Made by a program: the position numbers and the translations under genes. Positions 27,446 through 37,679 of a DNA stretch of 57,443 bases are shown here, in pieces; the first letter of the stretch is position 1; every line of letters begins with the position of its first letter. The notes below the pieces were generated by a model. The model was given only the letters and a program-made list of their open reading frames with translations, was not told the DNA's origin and did no database searches. Location: the IMG/VR virus record IMGVR_UViG_3300048693_000127, positions 1 through 57,443 of that record, one strand, 5' to 3'. Source of the DNA: a virus (Duplodnaviria; Caudoviricetes).

Positions 27446-28226
27446 GTTTAGAATACCATTGTCAACTTTGCCACCAGCTAATGCTGATGGTAATCATCTT
27501 TTTAGGTTCAGAATTGCATCTGAGGATCGCGCAAGAGTTTCAGAATATTCAAATCTATATTTAATAAAAAGTGAAGGGCAAGTATATCCACAATCCCTTG
27601 CTGGAAATTATAGAGTAACTTTAGGAAAATCGGCCAGCACTATAACTGTAAATGTTTTATGGGAAGCTCCAACAAAGTATAATATTGGAGCAAGTGCAAA
27701 CTTAGACTATACATCACTTTTCCCAGTTGCTGGAATCAATGTTGTTGTTTCTAGTAGCGCATCCAATATTGATGTTTCTGGAATAGTCCCAAACGTATAT
27801 TTAAGTCAATCGTTAATTGGAATTTCTACAACAACAAATACATATAAATTTTTTGATAATGTTACACGAGCAGATGCATTAAATGTAATTCAAAAATTTC
27901 TTTCAACCCCTGGAGTAATTTCTGCAAATATAGATGAAATTGTGCGTACAGCATTACTAAAGGAATATGATGTTTCAACAAAATGGGGAGTTGGAAATAT
28001 AGATATATTTGCACAATATTTTAATTCTCCTTCAGCAAGTGCTACCGCTACCTTTAATTATTTAGGCAGAACCAAAGAAAGTCAAATATCTTTTATTGTT
28101 AACAACTATTCTTATGTAAGAATGATAGGACAAATAGCTAGCTATGAACCAGCAATTAATTCAATTTATCAGTTTTTTGATACAGGAGCCATTTCATTAG
28201 TTGGTCAACAGGTTAGTTTTCCCTAG
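27438..28226 (+). CDS. minor tail protein (beta-rich)
   Basis: Track ORF 27429; probable TTG start at 27438 after AGGTG; tail cluster. Confidence 0.55.
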   Translation: MAKFRIPLSTLPPANADGNHLFRFRIASEDRARVSEYSNLYLIKSEGQVYPQSLAGNYRVTLGKSASTITVNVLWEAPTKYNIGASANLDYTSLFPVAGINVVVSSSASNIDVSGIVPNVYLSQSLIGISTTTNTYKFFDNVTRADALNVIQKFLSTPGVISANIDEIVRTALLKEYDVSTKWGVGNIDIFAQYFNSPSASATATFNYLGRTKESQISFIVNNYSYVRMIGQIASYEPAINSIYQFFDTGAISLVGQQVSFP

Positions 28227-28227
28227 C

Positions 28228-28236
28228 TGATATAAT
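28228..28236 (+). promoter_or_regulatory. extended -10 promoter TGATATAAT
   Basis: Intergenic; followed by SD AAGGAG and ATG 28252. Confidence 0.6.
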
Positions 28237-28251
28237 ATATAAGGAGATATA

Positions 28252-28686
28252 ATGAAAATACCACTTCCACAACGAGGGCAGCCAATAGATATTGACTACT
28301 TGTATCAAATCGTTAGTCAAATTAATACATTAACTAATCAGATTTCTTCTACTTCTACTGTTCTATCTGCTGTTGATAATGGTGTAAATGGTATAAAAGA
28401 ATCAACTACAAATAATTTAAGATTTTATGCATTTACTAAATCAGTTAAGAAGGGAAATGTAACTGCTGGAGCCTCTGAATCCTGGTTTATTGATTTTAAT
28501 CCTAGTTTTATTTATATTCCAATTGTTACTGCAACCCCAGTAAACAATTCTTCATCTCCAGCTGGAAACAGTTTATCTGTAGTAATTAAAAATGTCAGCA
28601 CATCCAGAGTAGACGGAAGCATAATTTTCAATCAGGCTGGTCAAGCAGACGTGAATATAAATGTTATCGCAATTGGTACAACTTAG
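28252..28686 (+). CDS. small tail fibre/lectin-like virion protein
   Basis: Short coiled coil then a beta-sandwich pattern (FNPSFIYIPIVTAT...INVIAIG). Confidence 0.5.
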   Translation: MKIPLPQRGQPIDIDYLYQIVSQINTLTNQISSTSTVLSAVDNGVNGIKESTTNNLRFYAFTKSVKKGNVTAGASESWFIDFNPSFIYIPIVTATPVNNSSSPAGNSLSVVIKNVSTSRVDGSIIFNQAGQADVNINVIAIGTT

Positions 28687-28703
28687 TGTATAATACCTAA
28701 ACA

Positions 28704-28895
28704 ATGATAAAGTGTAAGAAATGTACAGGAAGAGTTTTTGTTGATAGGGTTGAATTATCTATTGATCATTTAGAAATATATTGTATTATGTGTGGCATGA
28801 GAAAGATTTTTCATCCACCCTCTAAGTTTGGAAGGTCTGTTCAATGGCTCCATCAGATGGAAATGGATTTGATAAAAAACAGGAACGGCCTATAA
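28704..28895 (+). CDS. small zinc-ribbon protein
   Basis: CKKC...CIMC; preceded by AGTGTATAAT at 28685-28694. Confidence 0.7.
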   Translation: MIKCKKCTGRVFVDRVELSIDHLEIYCIMCGMRKIFHPPSKFGRSVQWLHQMEMDLIKNRNGL

Positions 28896-29380
28896 AGCCA
28901 AGCCCTAATTTATTTTTTATAAATAATAAATTAGTCAAAACATTATCAATTAATCGTGGTCAAAATATAGTATATCTTTTTAATATAGTAGATCAAAAAG
29001 AACAAACAATGCTATATTCTGATTTTAAAAAACATAAAAAAAGAGCATATACGGTACACAATACAGCTAGACTTTTAAATAGAACAGCTACACAGTTGAG
29101 AAGACACGTTGATAGTGGTAACATAAAACCACCAGTTGGAATTTTACCAAATGGTGAACGATCATTTAAAAGAAAATCTTACTATTCAGAAGAGGACGTT
29201 TTCTCTATTAGAGAGTTTCTTTCTGGAGTACACACGGGAAGGCCAAGAAAAGATGGTAAGATTTCCAACAAGGTCTTGACTGAACAGGAGCTGCGTGCTA
29301 GAATGGGTGATGCACTAATCCTGTATACCAGGACCAAAGATGGTGATTTCATCCCAGTGTGGGCTGAAGAAACATATTAG
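28844..29380 (+). CDS. MerR-like HTH DNA-binding protein with an AT-hook-like GRPRK
   Basis: YTVHNTARLLNRTATQLRRHVDSGNI...YYSEEDV; TGRPRKDG. Confidence 0.65.
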   Translation: MAPSDGNGFDKKQERPIKPSPNLFFINNKLVKTLSINRGQNIVYLFNIVDQKEQTMLYSDFKKHKKRAYTVHNTARLLNRTATQLRRHVDSGNIKPPVGILPNGERSFKRKSYYSEEDVFSIREFLSGVHTGRPRKDGKISNKVLTEQELRARMGDALILYTRTKDGDFIPVWAEETY

Positions 29381-29387
29381 GAGAAAA

Positions 29388-29591
29388 ATGTCAGATAAGA
29401 CAACAGTAAGTGTAAATTTAGGTTACACATTAAATATAGGAAACTTTCAAAGTTTACGAGTAGATCTTGGCTGTACAGATTTTGTTCGTGATGGAGAGAA
29501 TGTTGACGCCGCCATGGATCGCGTATATAATTTTGTTGAAACAAAAGTTATTAACAAGATTGAGGCAGCAAAGAGTGAGATGAATGAGTGA
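29388..29591 (+). CDS. hypothetical protein
   Basis: AGGAG SD before ATG 29388; VSVNLGYTLNIGNFQSLRVDLG. Confidence 0.7.
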   Translation: MSDKTTVSVNLGYTLNIGNFQSLRVDLGCTDFVRDGENVDAAMDRVYNFVETKVINKIEAAKSEMNE

Positions 29592-29898
29592 CCTAATTAG
29601 GTTAGGCAATGATCTTATAAGCTATTACTCATTAAAATATTCATCTGTATACGGTAACAAACCGCTAATAAATAAAAATACTGCTAAGTGGGCAGCCAGA
29701 GATCTTGTTGAATCGTTTGGATTTGATGAGTGTCAAAAAGCTGTTGACTGGTACTTCCATGTAAAGGACAGGGGTCATGATTGGTCATGGTTTACTTTAA
29801 ACATGGAAAAGCTATATCAGGCCAGGAAGGATAAGGAACGTGATGATCAGGAGAGAAAGATTAATCGTAGTCGTGCAAGGGCGTGGTTAAATGGCTAA
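29584..29898 (+). CDS. hypothetical protein, possible helicase loader/initiator
   Basis: Overlaps the dnaB start; helical. The function is inferred from position only. Confidence 0.55.
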   Translation: MSDLIRLGNDLISYYSLKYSSVYGNKPLINKNTAKWAARDLVESFGFDECQKAVDWYFHVKDRGHDWSWFTLNMEKLYQARKDKERDDQERKINRSRARAWLNG

Positions 29899-31114
29899 CA
29901 TAGAAGATAAAGTTATAAGTGCTGTTTTAAGTGACAAGCAGGTTCATGTATTAATGCAGGCTAACGTAGATAGCCTCTTTAAGACACATAAAGATATATG
30001 GAACTTTGTTAAGGACTATTCCTCACAAAATGGTACCGTTCCTCCAACTCATCTTGTAGTAGAGAAGTTTCGTGACTTCACCCCACTAGACGATGTTGGC
30101 TCAACTAAGCATCACCTAGATGAACTAAGAGAGCATTATCTTAATGAGTCATTGAAATCTATTCTAAAGAGTAGTGCAAATGAACTACAGAATAATCGTC
30201 CAGTTGAGGCACTAAATACTATTATTAGTCAGACTGCTGATCTAAAGAAAAGTACAGCAGATATTCGTGACCTTGATGTTGTAGATGTAGATGATGCTAT
30301 AGCATACTTTAATCACGTTCGTGAACTTAATGAGCGTGGGGTCTTTGGAATTAAGACTGGCCTTAAGGGATTTGACGACTACCTCCCATCTGGAATTTCA
30401 CCAGGAAACTTCGGAATCCTTCTAGCATATCCAGCAATTGGAAAAAGTTGGTTGGCTCTTTTCCTCGCAGTACAGGCTTGGAAAAATAATAGAAAGCCAC
30501 TTTTTGTTTCACTTGAGATGAGTGAAGGGGAGGTTCGTAATCGTGCATATACGATTATGGGCGAAGGTAGATTCTCTCATCGTAAGATGAGTTCTGGTGA
30601 TATAGATACTGAAGAGTTTGAAAGATGGGGCAAGAGGTATTTTGAGAATAAGCCATCTTTTCAGATCATATCAAATGATGGTATTGGTGATGTAACTCCA
30701 GCGGTACTGCGTGGAAAGATAGATCAATACAAGCCAGACATTGTGTTTGTTGATTACATTCAGCTTATGCAGTCTAATAATCGTACTGATAATGAAGTTG
30801 TAAAGATTAAGAATATTAGTCGTGAACTAAAGATTCTTGCAATTAGTGAGCAAGTTCCAATTATTGCTATTGCGTCTGCAACTCCAGATGATGCAAGTGA
30901 CATGCATAGTGTTCCAACTCTTGGACAGGTTGCATGGTCAAAGCAACTTTCTTATGATGCTGATTGGGTACTAGCTCTTGGTCGTGCAGCAAATAGCGAC
31001 GTTATTGAGGCTGCCATGAGAAAGAATCGTAATGGAGCACTAGGAGAATTTCTTGTTATGACAGATTTTGACCATGGAAGATTTATCACTAAAGATTTTG
31101 AAGATGATATGTAA
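29891..31114 (+). CDS. dnaB: replicative DNA helicase, DnaB family
   Basis: Walker A AYPAIGKS, FVSLEM, VFVDYIQLM, ISRELKILA, KNRNG. Confidence 0.93.
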   Translation: MANIEDKVISAVLSDKQVHVLMQANVDSLFKTHKDIWNFVKDYSSQNGTVPPTHLVVEKFRDFTPLDDVGSTKHHLDELREHYLNESLKSILKSSANELQNNRPVEALNTIISQTADLKKSTADIRDLDVVDVDDAIAYFNHVRELNERGVFGIKTGLKGFDDYLPSGISPGNFGILLAYPAIGKSWLALFLAVQAWKNNRKPLFVSLEMSEGEVRNRAYTIMGEGRFSHRKMSSGDIDTEEFERWGKRYFENKPSFQIISNDGIGDVTPAVLRGKIDQYKPDIVFVDYIQLMQSNNRTDNEVVKIKNISRELKILAISEQVPIIAIASATPDDASDMHSVPTLGQVAWSKQLSYDADWVLALGRAANSDVIEAAMRKNRNGALGEFLVMTDFDHGRFITKDFEDDM

Positions 31115-31134
31115 AAAACTAGTATAATTAAATC

Positions 31135-31464
31135 ATGACAATTTCACATAAAAATCTAAAAAGATTTTATTTAAATGGAGAAATTGCTGATGATTCTATT
31201 ATTCCTAGAATTAAGCTTCAATATATTGAACTGCTTAAAAATGCAATGAGATATGAGGGTTATGTTATTAGATATGATATTGACCCCGACTTTACGTTAT
31301 CGTATAATGGTAAATCATTTGATTTTGAACTATCTATTTATGGAGTATTCGTTGGAAGGAAAAAGGCGCAGTGGATTTCAGGAGTAGACAAGAATCGAAT
31401 AATAGAGAATACTACTCGCCAGAGCAAGTCAGACGAGTCCTGCAATCATGTGGCATCAATATAG
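31135..31464 (+). CDS. hypothetical protein (leaderless, TAGTATAAT at 31120-31128)
   Basis: ORF between helicase and primase; -10 hexamer 6 nt before the ATG. Confidence 0.7.
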   Translation: MTISHKNLKRFYLNGEIADDSIIPRIKLQYIELLKNAMRYEGYVIRYDIDPDFTLSYNGKSFDFELSIYGVFVGRKKAQWISGVDKNRIIENTTRQSKSDESCNHVASI

Positions 31465-32327
31465 AACTTGAACTAGATGCTGACTATTTAATATTCTGTC
31501 CCATACATTCTAACTTTAGAACTCCAGCAGCAGAGGTAGACAAAAATACTGGACGCCTACATTGCTTTGGTTGTCAGCAAACTAAATCTTTTACAGAACT
31601 AGTTATGCATTGTACAGGAAGAACATTTTTTGAGGCTGTTCGTTTAATTGAATCAAAACGTGCAGACTCAGATATTCTTTCAGATATTAGTAAAATGATA
31701 TCAAAGCCCAAAGAGTTTGAAGAATTTGATACAGAATTAATTAAATCGCTACATCAGAATCTAATGTCAGCTTCTGGTACAGAAGCGGTACAGTATTTAA
31801 AGATGCGAGGAATAAATAAAGATAGTGCAATAAAGTATTGCATTGGTTACTCTATTAAACAAAAGATGGTTACTATTCCAGTATATTCTCCAGACAATAT
31901 ATGCCTGGGATTCGTTGGAAGATCTATTGAAGGAAAGGTTTTTAAAAATTCAACAGGGCTTCCGAAAAGCAAGACTCTATTTAATATCAATAGAAACAAA
32001 ATTTCAAATCAGATATTTGTAACTGAGTCATCTTTTGATGCCATAAGAATAGAACAAGCTGGTAGGTCTGCTGTAGCAACTCTTGGAGCAACAGTATCAA
32101 ATAGGCAAATAGACTTGCTAAAGCAATATTTTAATAGTATAATACTATTGCCAGATAATGATGAGGCAGGGCGATCAATGGCAAGAAAGATGCAAGAGTC
32201 GTTGGGCAGCATTGTTACTATAGGCAATATTCCAGAGGAATACAAAGATATATCAGATATGAATGAAGAACAAATACAATCACTTATATATCGTTTTGAC
32301 AACATTATTGAATACATTATTAATTAG
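31371..32327 (+). CDS. dnaG: DNA primase (CHC2 zinc finger + TOPRIM)
   Basis: CPIH...HCFGC; GFVGRSI; VTESSFDA; LPDNDEAG; KDISD. The start is uncertain. Confidence 0.9.
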   Translation: MDFRSRQESNNREYYSPEQVRRVLQSCGINIELELDADYLIFCPIHSNFRTPAAEVDKNTGRLHCFGCQQTKSFTELVMHCTGRTFFEAVRLIESKRADSDILSDISKMISKPKEFEEFDTELIKSLHQNLMSASGTEAVQYLKMRGINKDSAIKYCIGYSIKQKMVTIPVYSPDNICLGFVGRSIEGKVFKNSTGLPKSKTLFNINRNKISNQIFVTESSFDAIRIEQAGRSAVATLGATVSNRQIDLLKQYFNSIILLPDNDEAGRSMARKMQESLGSIVTIGNIPEEYKDISDMNEEQIQSLIYRFDNIIEYIIN

Positions 32328-32335
32328 GAGAAAAT

Positions 32336-32986
32336 ATGTCTATTTATAAGGGTCTAAAGAATATTAATGAAAGCATGGAGAAGTCATCTAAGCCTTCATC
32401 GGGACCGCGAGTACGCTGGCTTAAGCTAGAGGACGGTCAAAGTGTCAAGGTTCGTTTTGCTAACGAGCTTGATGAAGATTCAAAATACTATGATGCAGAT
32501 CGTGGAGCAGCAATTGTCGTGCGTGAGCATACCAATCCCAAGGATTACAGGCGTAAGGCCGTATGTACCATGGAGAGTGAAGGAAGGGATTGGGCAGAGG
32601 AAATGCATCGTAAAGATCCCAAGGCGGGTTGGGGAGGAAGACTAAGGTTTTACATCAATGTTCTTGTTGATGATGGAATGGAAGATCCCTATATCGCTGT
32701 CTGGAGTATGGGCGTAGCAAAGTCACCCACCTTTAGCACAATTCGTGAATATGCTATTGAGTCTGATGGTATTACAAATATGCAGTGGAAGCTAAAGCGT
32801 AATGGAAAGGGCACAGAGACAAACTATGTTCTAATGCCTGGGCCAACTGATACTGAGCCATTTGACTGGTCAGATTATGAGGCATTTCCGCTTGAGAACG
32901 CTGTAAGAAACGTTCCATATTCAGAGCAGGAAGCATTCTATTTGGGTTATGATAACCCTTCAACCTCAACAAATATTGATTGGTAA
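32336..32986 (+). CDS. phage-type single-stranded DNA-binding protein
   Basis: WLKLEDGQSVKVRF...WKLKRNGKGTETNY; lies between primase and polymerase. Confidence 0.7.
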   Translation: MSIYKGLKNINESMEKSSKPSSGPRVRWLKLEDGQSVKVRFANELDEDSKYYDADRGAAIVVREHTNPKDYRRKAVCTMESEGRDWAEEMHRKDPKAGWGGRLRFYINVLVDDGMEDPYIAVWSMGVAKSPTFSTIREYAIESDGITNMQWKLKRNGKGTETNYVLMPGPTDTEPFDWSDYEAFPLENAVRNVPYSEQEAFYLGYDNPSTSTNIDW

Positions 32987-32992
32987 ATAAGC

Positions 32993-33029
32993 GTGGTGGG
33001 GGATAAAATCTCACGTTGTCCCCCACCAC
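32993..33029 (+). other. GC-rich 14-bp hairpin without a U tract between the SSB gene and dnaE
   Basis: GTGGTGGGGGATAA-N9-TTGTCCCCCACCAC. Confidence 0.7.
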
Positions 33030-33051
33030 CCCCACTATTGATTGGAGAATC

Positions 33052-36000
33052 TTGAATTACGCACCACTTCACGTCCATACTGATATGGGATCTTTGATGG
33101 ACGGTGTGGCGACACCAGAAGAGTATGCTGCACGGGCAGGCAGCCTAAACATGCCAGCTTTGGCGTGTACAGATCATGGATCTTTATCTGCCCATCGTAG
33201 ATTTTATCGTGCATGTAAGGATAATGGAGTAAAGCCCATCCTTGGGATGGAGGCATATATTACTTTTGATCGCTTTGATAAAAGAGATAAAGCGGAAAGA
33301 ACTACACCACTTGATCTTGTCTACAACCATATTATTATCCTTGCTCAGAATAATCAGGGTCTTCAGAACCTTAATAAACTAAATGAGATAGGATGGACAG
33401 AAGGCTTTTATAAGAAGCCTCGTATTGACTTTGATGTATTAGACAAGTATGGTGACGGTCTTATAGTTTCAACTGCCTGCATGTCTGGCCTTATAAATAA
33501 GGCTATTGAAATGGATGAGTATGCAGCAGCAAAGCAGCATATCCGTTGGTTTAGTGACAGGTTTGGTAAGGATAATTTTTATATTGAACTGATGCCGCAC
33601 AATGTACCTGGAATGAATGTTGAGTTATATAAGCTTGCCAATGAAATGGGTGTAAAGTCTATAGTAACTCCAGACTGTCATCATTGCACTAAGGATCAAA
33701 AAGTTGTCCAGGAAATGATGCTTATTCTAAATACACATGCCAAGATAGAAAAAGACGTTAGCTATGAGAAGTCTTTACAGCATAAAGATATGATGGATCG
33801 TCTTGATTATTTGTATGGAAAAGATCGTCAAATGTCTTTTAGAAGTTTCGATATTCACCTTCTTGACTATGATGAAATGAGAGCTTCTATGCAAGATACT
33901 GTCATTGATGATAGTATCTACAATAATACTATTGATATAGCAAATATGGTTGAAGAATATGATATACCAAAAAATCTAAATCTTCTTCCAGTCAAGGTAG
34001 ATAATGCAGATGATCAACTAAGAAAGTATGCATTCGCTTGGCTAGATGCTAACAACCTGCGTAGTAATCAAGTCTATGTTGATAGATTAAATGAAGAACT
34101 TGATATTATTAAGCAGAAGAACTTTGCTCCATACTTTCTTGTTGTTCATAATATGATTTCATGGGCAAAGAAAAACGATATTCTTGTTGGTCCAGGCAGA
34201 GGTTCAGCAGCAGGCTCTCTTGTTTGTTACTCTTTGGGCATTACGGATATTGATCCTATTAAGTATGGACTACTATTCTTTAGGTTTATTAATCCAGAAC
34301 GCAATGACTTTCCAGATATTGATACTGATATTCAAGATAATCGCCGTGAAGAAGTAAAGCAGTATCTTGAAAAGGAGTATAAGAATGTTGCATCTATTGC
34401 TACATTTTTATCATTTAAGGACAAGGGCGTTGTTCGTGACGTAGCCCGTGTACTACATGTACCACTAGCAGATGTAAATAGAGTTCTAAAGTCAGTAGAT
34501 ACATGGCAAGATTTTACAAATAACCATACTACAAAATGGTTTAGAGAGAAGTATCCAGAAGTTCTTGAGTATGCAGAAAAGATTCGTGGAAGAGTCCGTG
34601 GCACTGGTATCCATGCTGCTGGAATTGTTACATCTAATGATCCAATATTTAAGCACGCTCCAATGGAAACTAGACTTCCCACGGGTGGCAAGGAAAGAAT
34701 TCCAGTAGTTGCAGTTGACATGGAGGAAGCAGCAGATATTGGACTTATTAAGATTGATGCACTTGGTCTAAAGACTCTCACGGTTATCCGTGACGTACTT
34801 GACATAATTAAGGAAAGGCATCACAAAACAATAAATCTTTCTAGCCTTCCCCTTGATGATCCAAATGTCTATGCTATGCTATCTGATGGATTTACTAAGG
34901 GAGTATTCCAGTGTGAGGCAACACCATACACAAATCTTCTTGTTAAGATGGGTGTCAGTAAGTTTGATGAGTTAGTTGCCTCTAATGCTTTAGTACGTCC
35001 TGGTGCTATGAATACTATTGGTAGAGAATATATTGAAAGAAAGAGGGGCCGTCAATCTATATCTTATCAGCACAATATTCTTAGGGAGTTCACAGAGGAC
35101 ACCTATGGATGCATCCTTTACCAGGAGCAAGTTATGCTTGCCTGTGTAAGGCTTGGTGGCATGACAATGGCAGAAGCAGATAAGGTTCGTAAGATTATTG
35201 GCAAGAAAAAGGATGCAAAAGAATTTGATCAATTCAAAGAGCTATTCGTTAGGAATGCTACTGGGCCGCTTGGTGGGGCTGCTGCTGAAAAAATGTGGCA
35301 TGATTTTGAGGCCCATGCTGGGTACTCGTTTAATAAGTCCCATGCTGTGGCTTACTCAACCCTATCGTACTGGACAGCGTGGCTCAAATACCACTATCCA
35401 ATAGAGTTTATGTTTGCTCTTCTTAAGAATGAAAATGATAAGGATGCAAGAACAGGATACCTTATTGAAGCAAAGAGGATGGGCATCTCACTCAGGCTGC
35501 CACACGTCAATGAGTCTGGTGCAGACTTTAAGATAGAGGGAAAGGCTATCAGGTTTGGACTTACCTCAATTAAGTGGATATCAGATGGCATAGCTAGTAA
35601 AATTCTTGCCTCTAGACCATTTAACTCTTATGATCATTTTAAGAATCATGTATTTACAAAGGGTAGTGGCATTAACAGTCGCGCACTTGAGGCGCTGGAT
35701 GCTGTTGGAGCACTAACCTTTGCAGATCATCCTAGAAATGAAGAAAGTATTAGGTCTAATCTTTATGAGTATCTTAATCTTCCAGAGTTTAATGTAACTA
35801 TTCCATCGCATTACTATGCGTTTATAGAAAACCTTGAAGATTTTGATGATATGAAATCTCAAATATTTCTTGCTGTTGCAAAGAAGATAAAGCGTGCTGT
35901 TGGTTGGTCTAGAATAGAGTTTCTTGATAAGACAGCTATGGTAGGATTCTTTGATGAACAAGAGACAAAAATAGAAACGGGTAAAACATATTTGTTATTG

Positions 36001-36330
36001 ACTGCTGCAAATAGAATATCTATTGCAATACCAATAGATCAAATGGACAATTACAAAGATAATCCATTAATTAGATTCTTGAATTATAAAAGCGTTCCCT
36101 ATTCTAATGATGAGTTTTTTATTCTTAGCTTCAGAAAAAATGTAACAAAAAATGGAAAAAAGATAGCATATATTACAGCAGCAGACTATAATAGAGACTT
36201 GCATCCAGTGATTGCTTTCTCTAGTACATTTGCTAACGCATATATGCTATGTGAGCCAGGAAAGGCTGTAAAGATGAAAATAGCAACCATGAAGGATGGA
36301 ACAACAATGTTAGAGGAAGTAAAGGTATAG
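33052..36330 (+). CDS. dnaE: DNA polymerase III alpha subunit (family C)
   Basis: PHP domain LHVHTD...TDHG; GPGRGSAAGS; FPDIDTD; HAAG; KIDALGL; YSFNKSHA. Probable TTG start at 33052 after GGAG. Confidence 0.96.
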   Translation: MNYAPLHVHTDMGSLMDGVATPEEYAARAGSLNMPALACTDHGSLSAHRRFYRACKDNGVKPILGMEAYITFDRFDKRDKAERTTPLDLVYNHIIILAQNNQGLQNLNKLNEIGWTEGFYKKPRIDFDVLDKYGDGLIVSTACMSGLINKAIEMDEYAAAKQHIRWFSDRFGKDNFYIELMPHNVPGMNVELYKLANEMGVKSIVTPDCHHCTKDQKVVQEMMLILNTHAKIEKDVSYEKSLQHKDMMDRLDYLYGKDRQMSFRSFDIHLLDYDEMRASMQDTVIDDSIYNNTIDIANMVEEYDIPKNLNLLPVKVDNADDQLRKYAFAWLDANNLRSNQVYVDRLNEELDIIKQKNFAPYFLVVHNMISWAKKNDILVGPGRGSAAGSLVCYSLGITDIDPIKYGLLFFRFINPERNDFPDIDTDIQDNRREEVKQYLEKEYKNVASIATFLSFKDKGVVRDVARVLHVPLADVNRVLKSVDTWQDFTNNHTTKWFREKYPEVLEYAEKIRGRVRGTGIHAAGIVTSNDPIFKHAPMETRLPTGGKERIPVVAVDMEEAADIGLIKIDALGLKTLTVIRDVLDIIKERHHKTINLSSLPLDDPNVYAMLSDGFTKGVFQCEATPYTNLLVKMGVSKFDELVASNALVRPGAMNTIGREYIERKRGRQSISYQHNILREFTEDTYGCILYQEQVMLACVRLGGMTMAEADKVRKIIGKKKDAKEFDQFKELFVRNATGPLGGAAAEKMWHDFEAHAGYSFNKSHAVAYSTLSYWTAWLKYHYPIEFMFALLKNENDKDARTGYLIEAKRMGISLRLPHVNESGADFKIEGKAIRFGLTSIKWISDGIASKILASRPFNSYDHFKNHVFTKGSGINSRALEALDAVGALTFADHPRNEESIRSNLYEYLNLPEFNVTIPSHYYAFIENLEDFDDMKSQIFLAVAKKIKRAVGWSRIEFLDKTAMVGFFDEQETKIETGKTYLLLTAANRISIAIPIDQMDNYKDNPLIRFLNYKSVPYSNDEFFILSFRKNVTKNGKKIAYITAADYNRDLHPVIAFSSTFANAYMLCEPGKAVKMKIATMKDGTTMLEEVKV

Positions 36331-36333
36331 AAA

Positions 36334-36687
36334 ATGAAAACAATTAATTTAGATGCAACAGCAAAGGCACTCCATGATACCGCTGTGGAAAAGGGGTTTT
36401 GGGATGCAAATAATGAAGAGACACATATTATCTTCTATCTCAAGCAAATTGCTATGATTCATTCAGAAGCAAGTGAGGTACTTGAGGCTATCCGTAAGGA
36501 AAAGGGTGGAGCAAAGATTGTAGAAGAGTTAGCAGATATTATTATTCGCGTTCTTGATTTATATTGGGGACTAAGAAATGATGGCATGGTGACTCAGGGA
36601 TACAGTATTGTCTCTCTTCATGACACACTTGAGTCAAAGGCAAAGATTAATGAGGATCGTCCAAGAATGCATGGGGTACTTGCCTGA
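36334..36687 (+). CDS. MazG-like nucleotide pyrophosphohydrolase
   Basis: HSEASEVLEAIRK...EELADIIIR. Confidence 0.85.
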   Translation: MKTINLDATAKALHDTAVEKGFWDANNEETHIIFYLKQIAMIHSEASEVLEAIRKEKGGAKIVEELADIIIRVLDLYWGLRNDGMVTQGYSIVSLHDTLESKAKINEDRPRMHGVLA

Positions 36688-37679
36688 TGACAATTGATAT
36701 GGAAGAATTCCTATCACAACTAGATCCCAAAATAAGAAAGCAAGTCAGCCTCGGATCAAATGTTGAAATATACAAGCAGAAGACACCTAGTATTGGTTTA
36801 AACAACGCCCTAAAAGGCGGTCTTGGATATGGTAGACAAGTATTGATATGGGGCAATAAATCTGCTGGTAAGTCGTCATTTTGCCAGCAGCTTATAGCTA
36901 TGGCTCAGGCAGAAGGAAAGATATGCGTCTGGCTTGATGCAGAGCAGTCATTTGATCCAGAGTGGGCAAAAAGACTGGGAGTAGATACAGACAGACTTTT
37001 ACATGATAATGTAAAGACTATTAACAATATGGTCGATCATGCTACTAGTTATATGAATGCAGGAGCAGACATTATTGTTGTGGACTCAATCTCGGCATTG
37101 CTTCCAGCAATCTACTTTGAAAAGGATTCAGACGATTTAAAGCAACTTGAAAATACTAAGCAAATTGGTGCAGAGGCCAGGGACATGACGAATGCAGTCA
37201 AGATGCTTAACTATGCAAACTCAAAGACGCTGCTTATATTAATCTCTCAGCAGAGAAATCAAATTGGTGCCATGTATGTAAGTCATGCTCCAACTGGTGG
37301 ACATGCGGTAAAATTCTTTTCATCAACAGTAATAAAGCTTTGGTCTTCTGAATCAGAAAACCAAGCAATCAAAGATAAGATTGCGATAGGAGATAGGTTA
37401 ATTGAAAAGAAAATTGGTAGAACGGTTACATGGAATATTGATTTCAATAAAACTGGCCCCGCTTTCATTTCTGGTCAGTATGATTTCTATTTTGATGGCG
37501 ACCGTATTGGTGTGGACAATATTGCAGAAGTCGTAGATGTTGCAGAACAGCTTGGAAAGATTGAAAAGGGCGGAGCATGGTACACCGTTCTTGGAGAAAG
37601 ATTCCAGGGTAGAGCAAAGGTCGTAGATTGGTTACGAAACAATCCAGAGAAAGTTGATGAACTTGTTGCCATCATCTAA
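36687..37679 (+). CDS. recA: RecA/UvsX-like recombinase
   Basis: GNKSAGKS, WLDAEQSFD, IVVDSI, GGHAVKF, KGGAWY. Confidence 0.93.
   Translation: MTIDMEEFLSQLDPKIRKQVSLGSNVEIYKQKTPSIGLNNALKGGLGYGRQVLIWGNKSAGKSSFCQQLIAMAQAEGKICVWLDAEQSFDPEWAKRLGVDTDRLLHDNVKTINNMVDHATSYMNAGADIIVVDSISALLPAIYFEKDSDDLKQLENTKQIGAEARDMTNAVKMLNYANSKTLLILISQQRNQIGAMYVSHAPTGGHAVKFFSSTVIKLWSSESENQAIKDKIAIGDRLIEKKIGRTVTWNIDFNKTGPAFISGQYDFYFDGDRIGVDNIAEVVDVAEQLGKIEKGGAWYTVLGERFQGRAKVVDWLRNNPEKVDELVAII

Noticed and set aside
34332-34805. Minus-strand ORFs inside dnaE and similar shadows (e.g. 38152-38616, 54054-54461)
   Set aside because: They lie entirely opposite well-supported genes and show no recognisable motifs.
33052-36330. 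Intein or intron in dnaE (also checked dnaB, recA and terL)
   Set aside because: Lengths are normal, motifs are contiguous, and no C/S...HN splice junctions or homing endonuclease motifs were seen.
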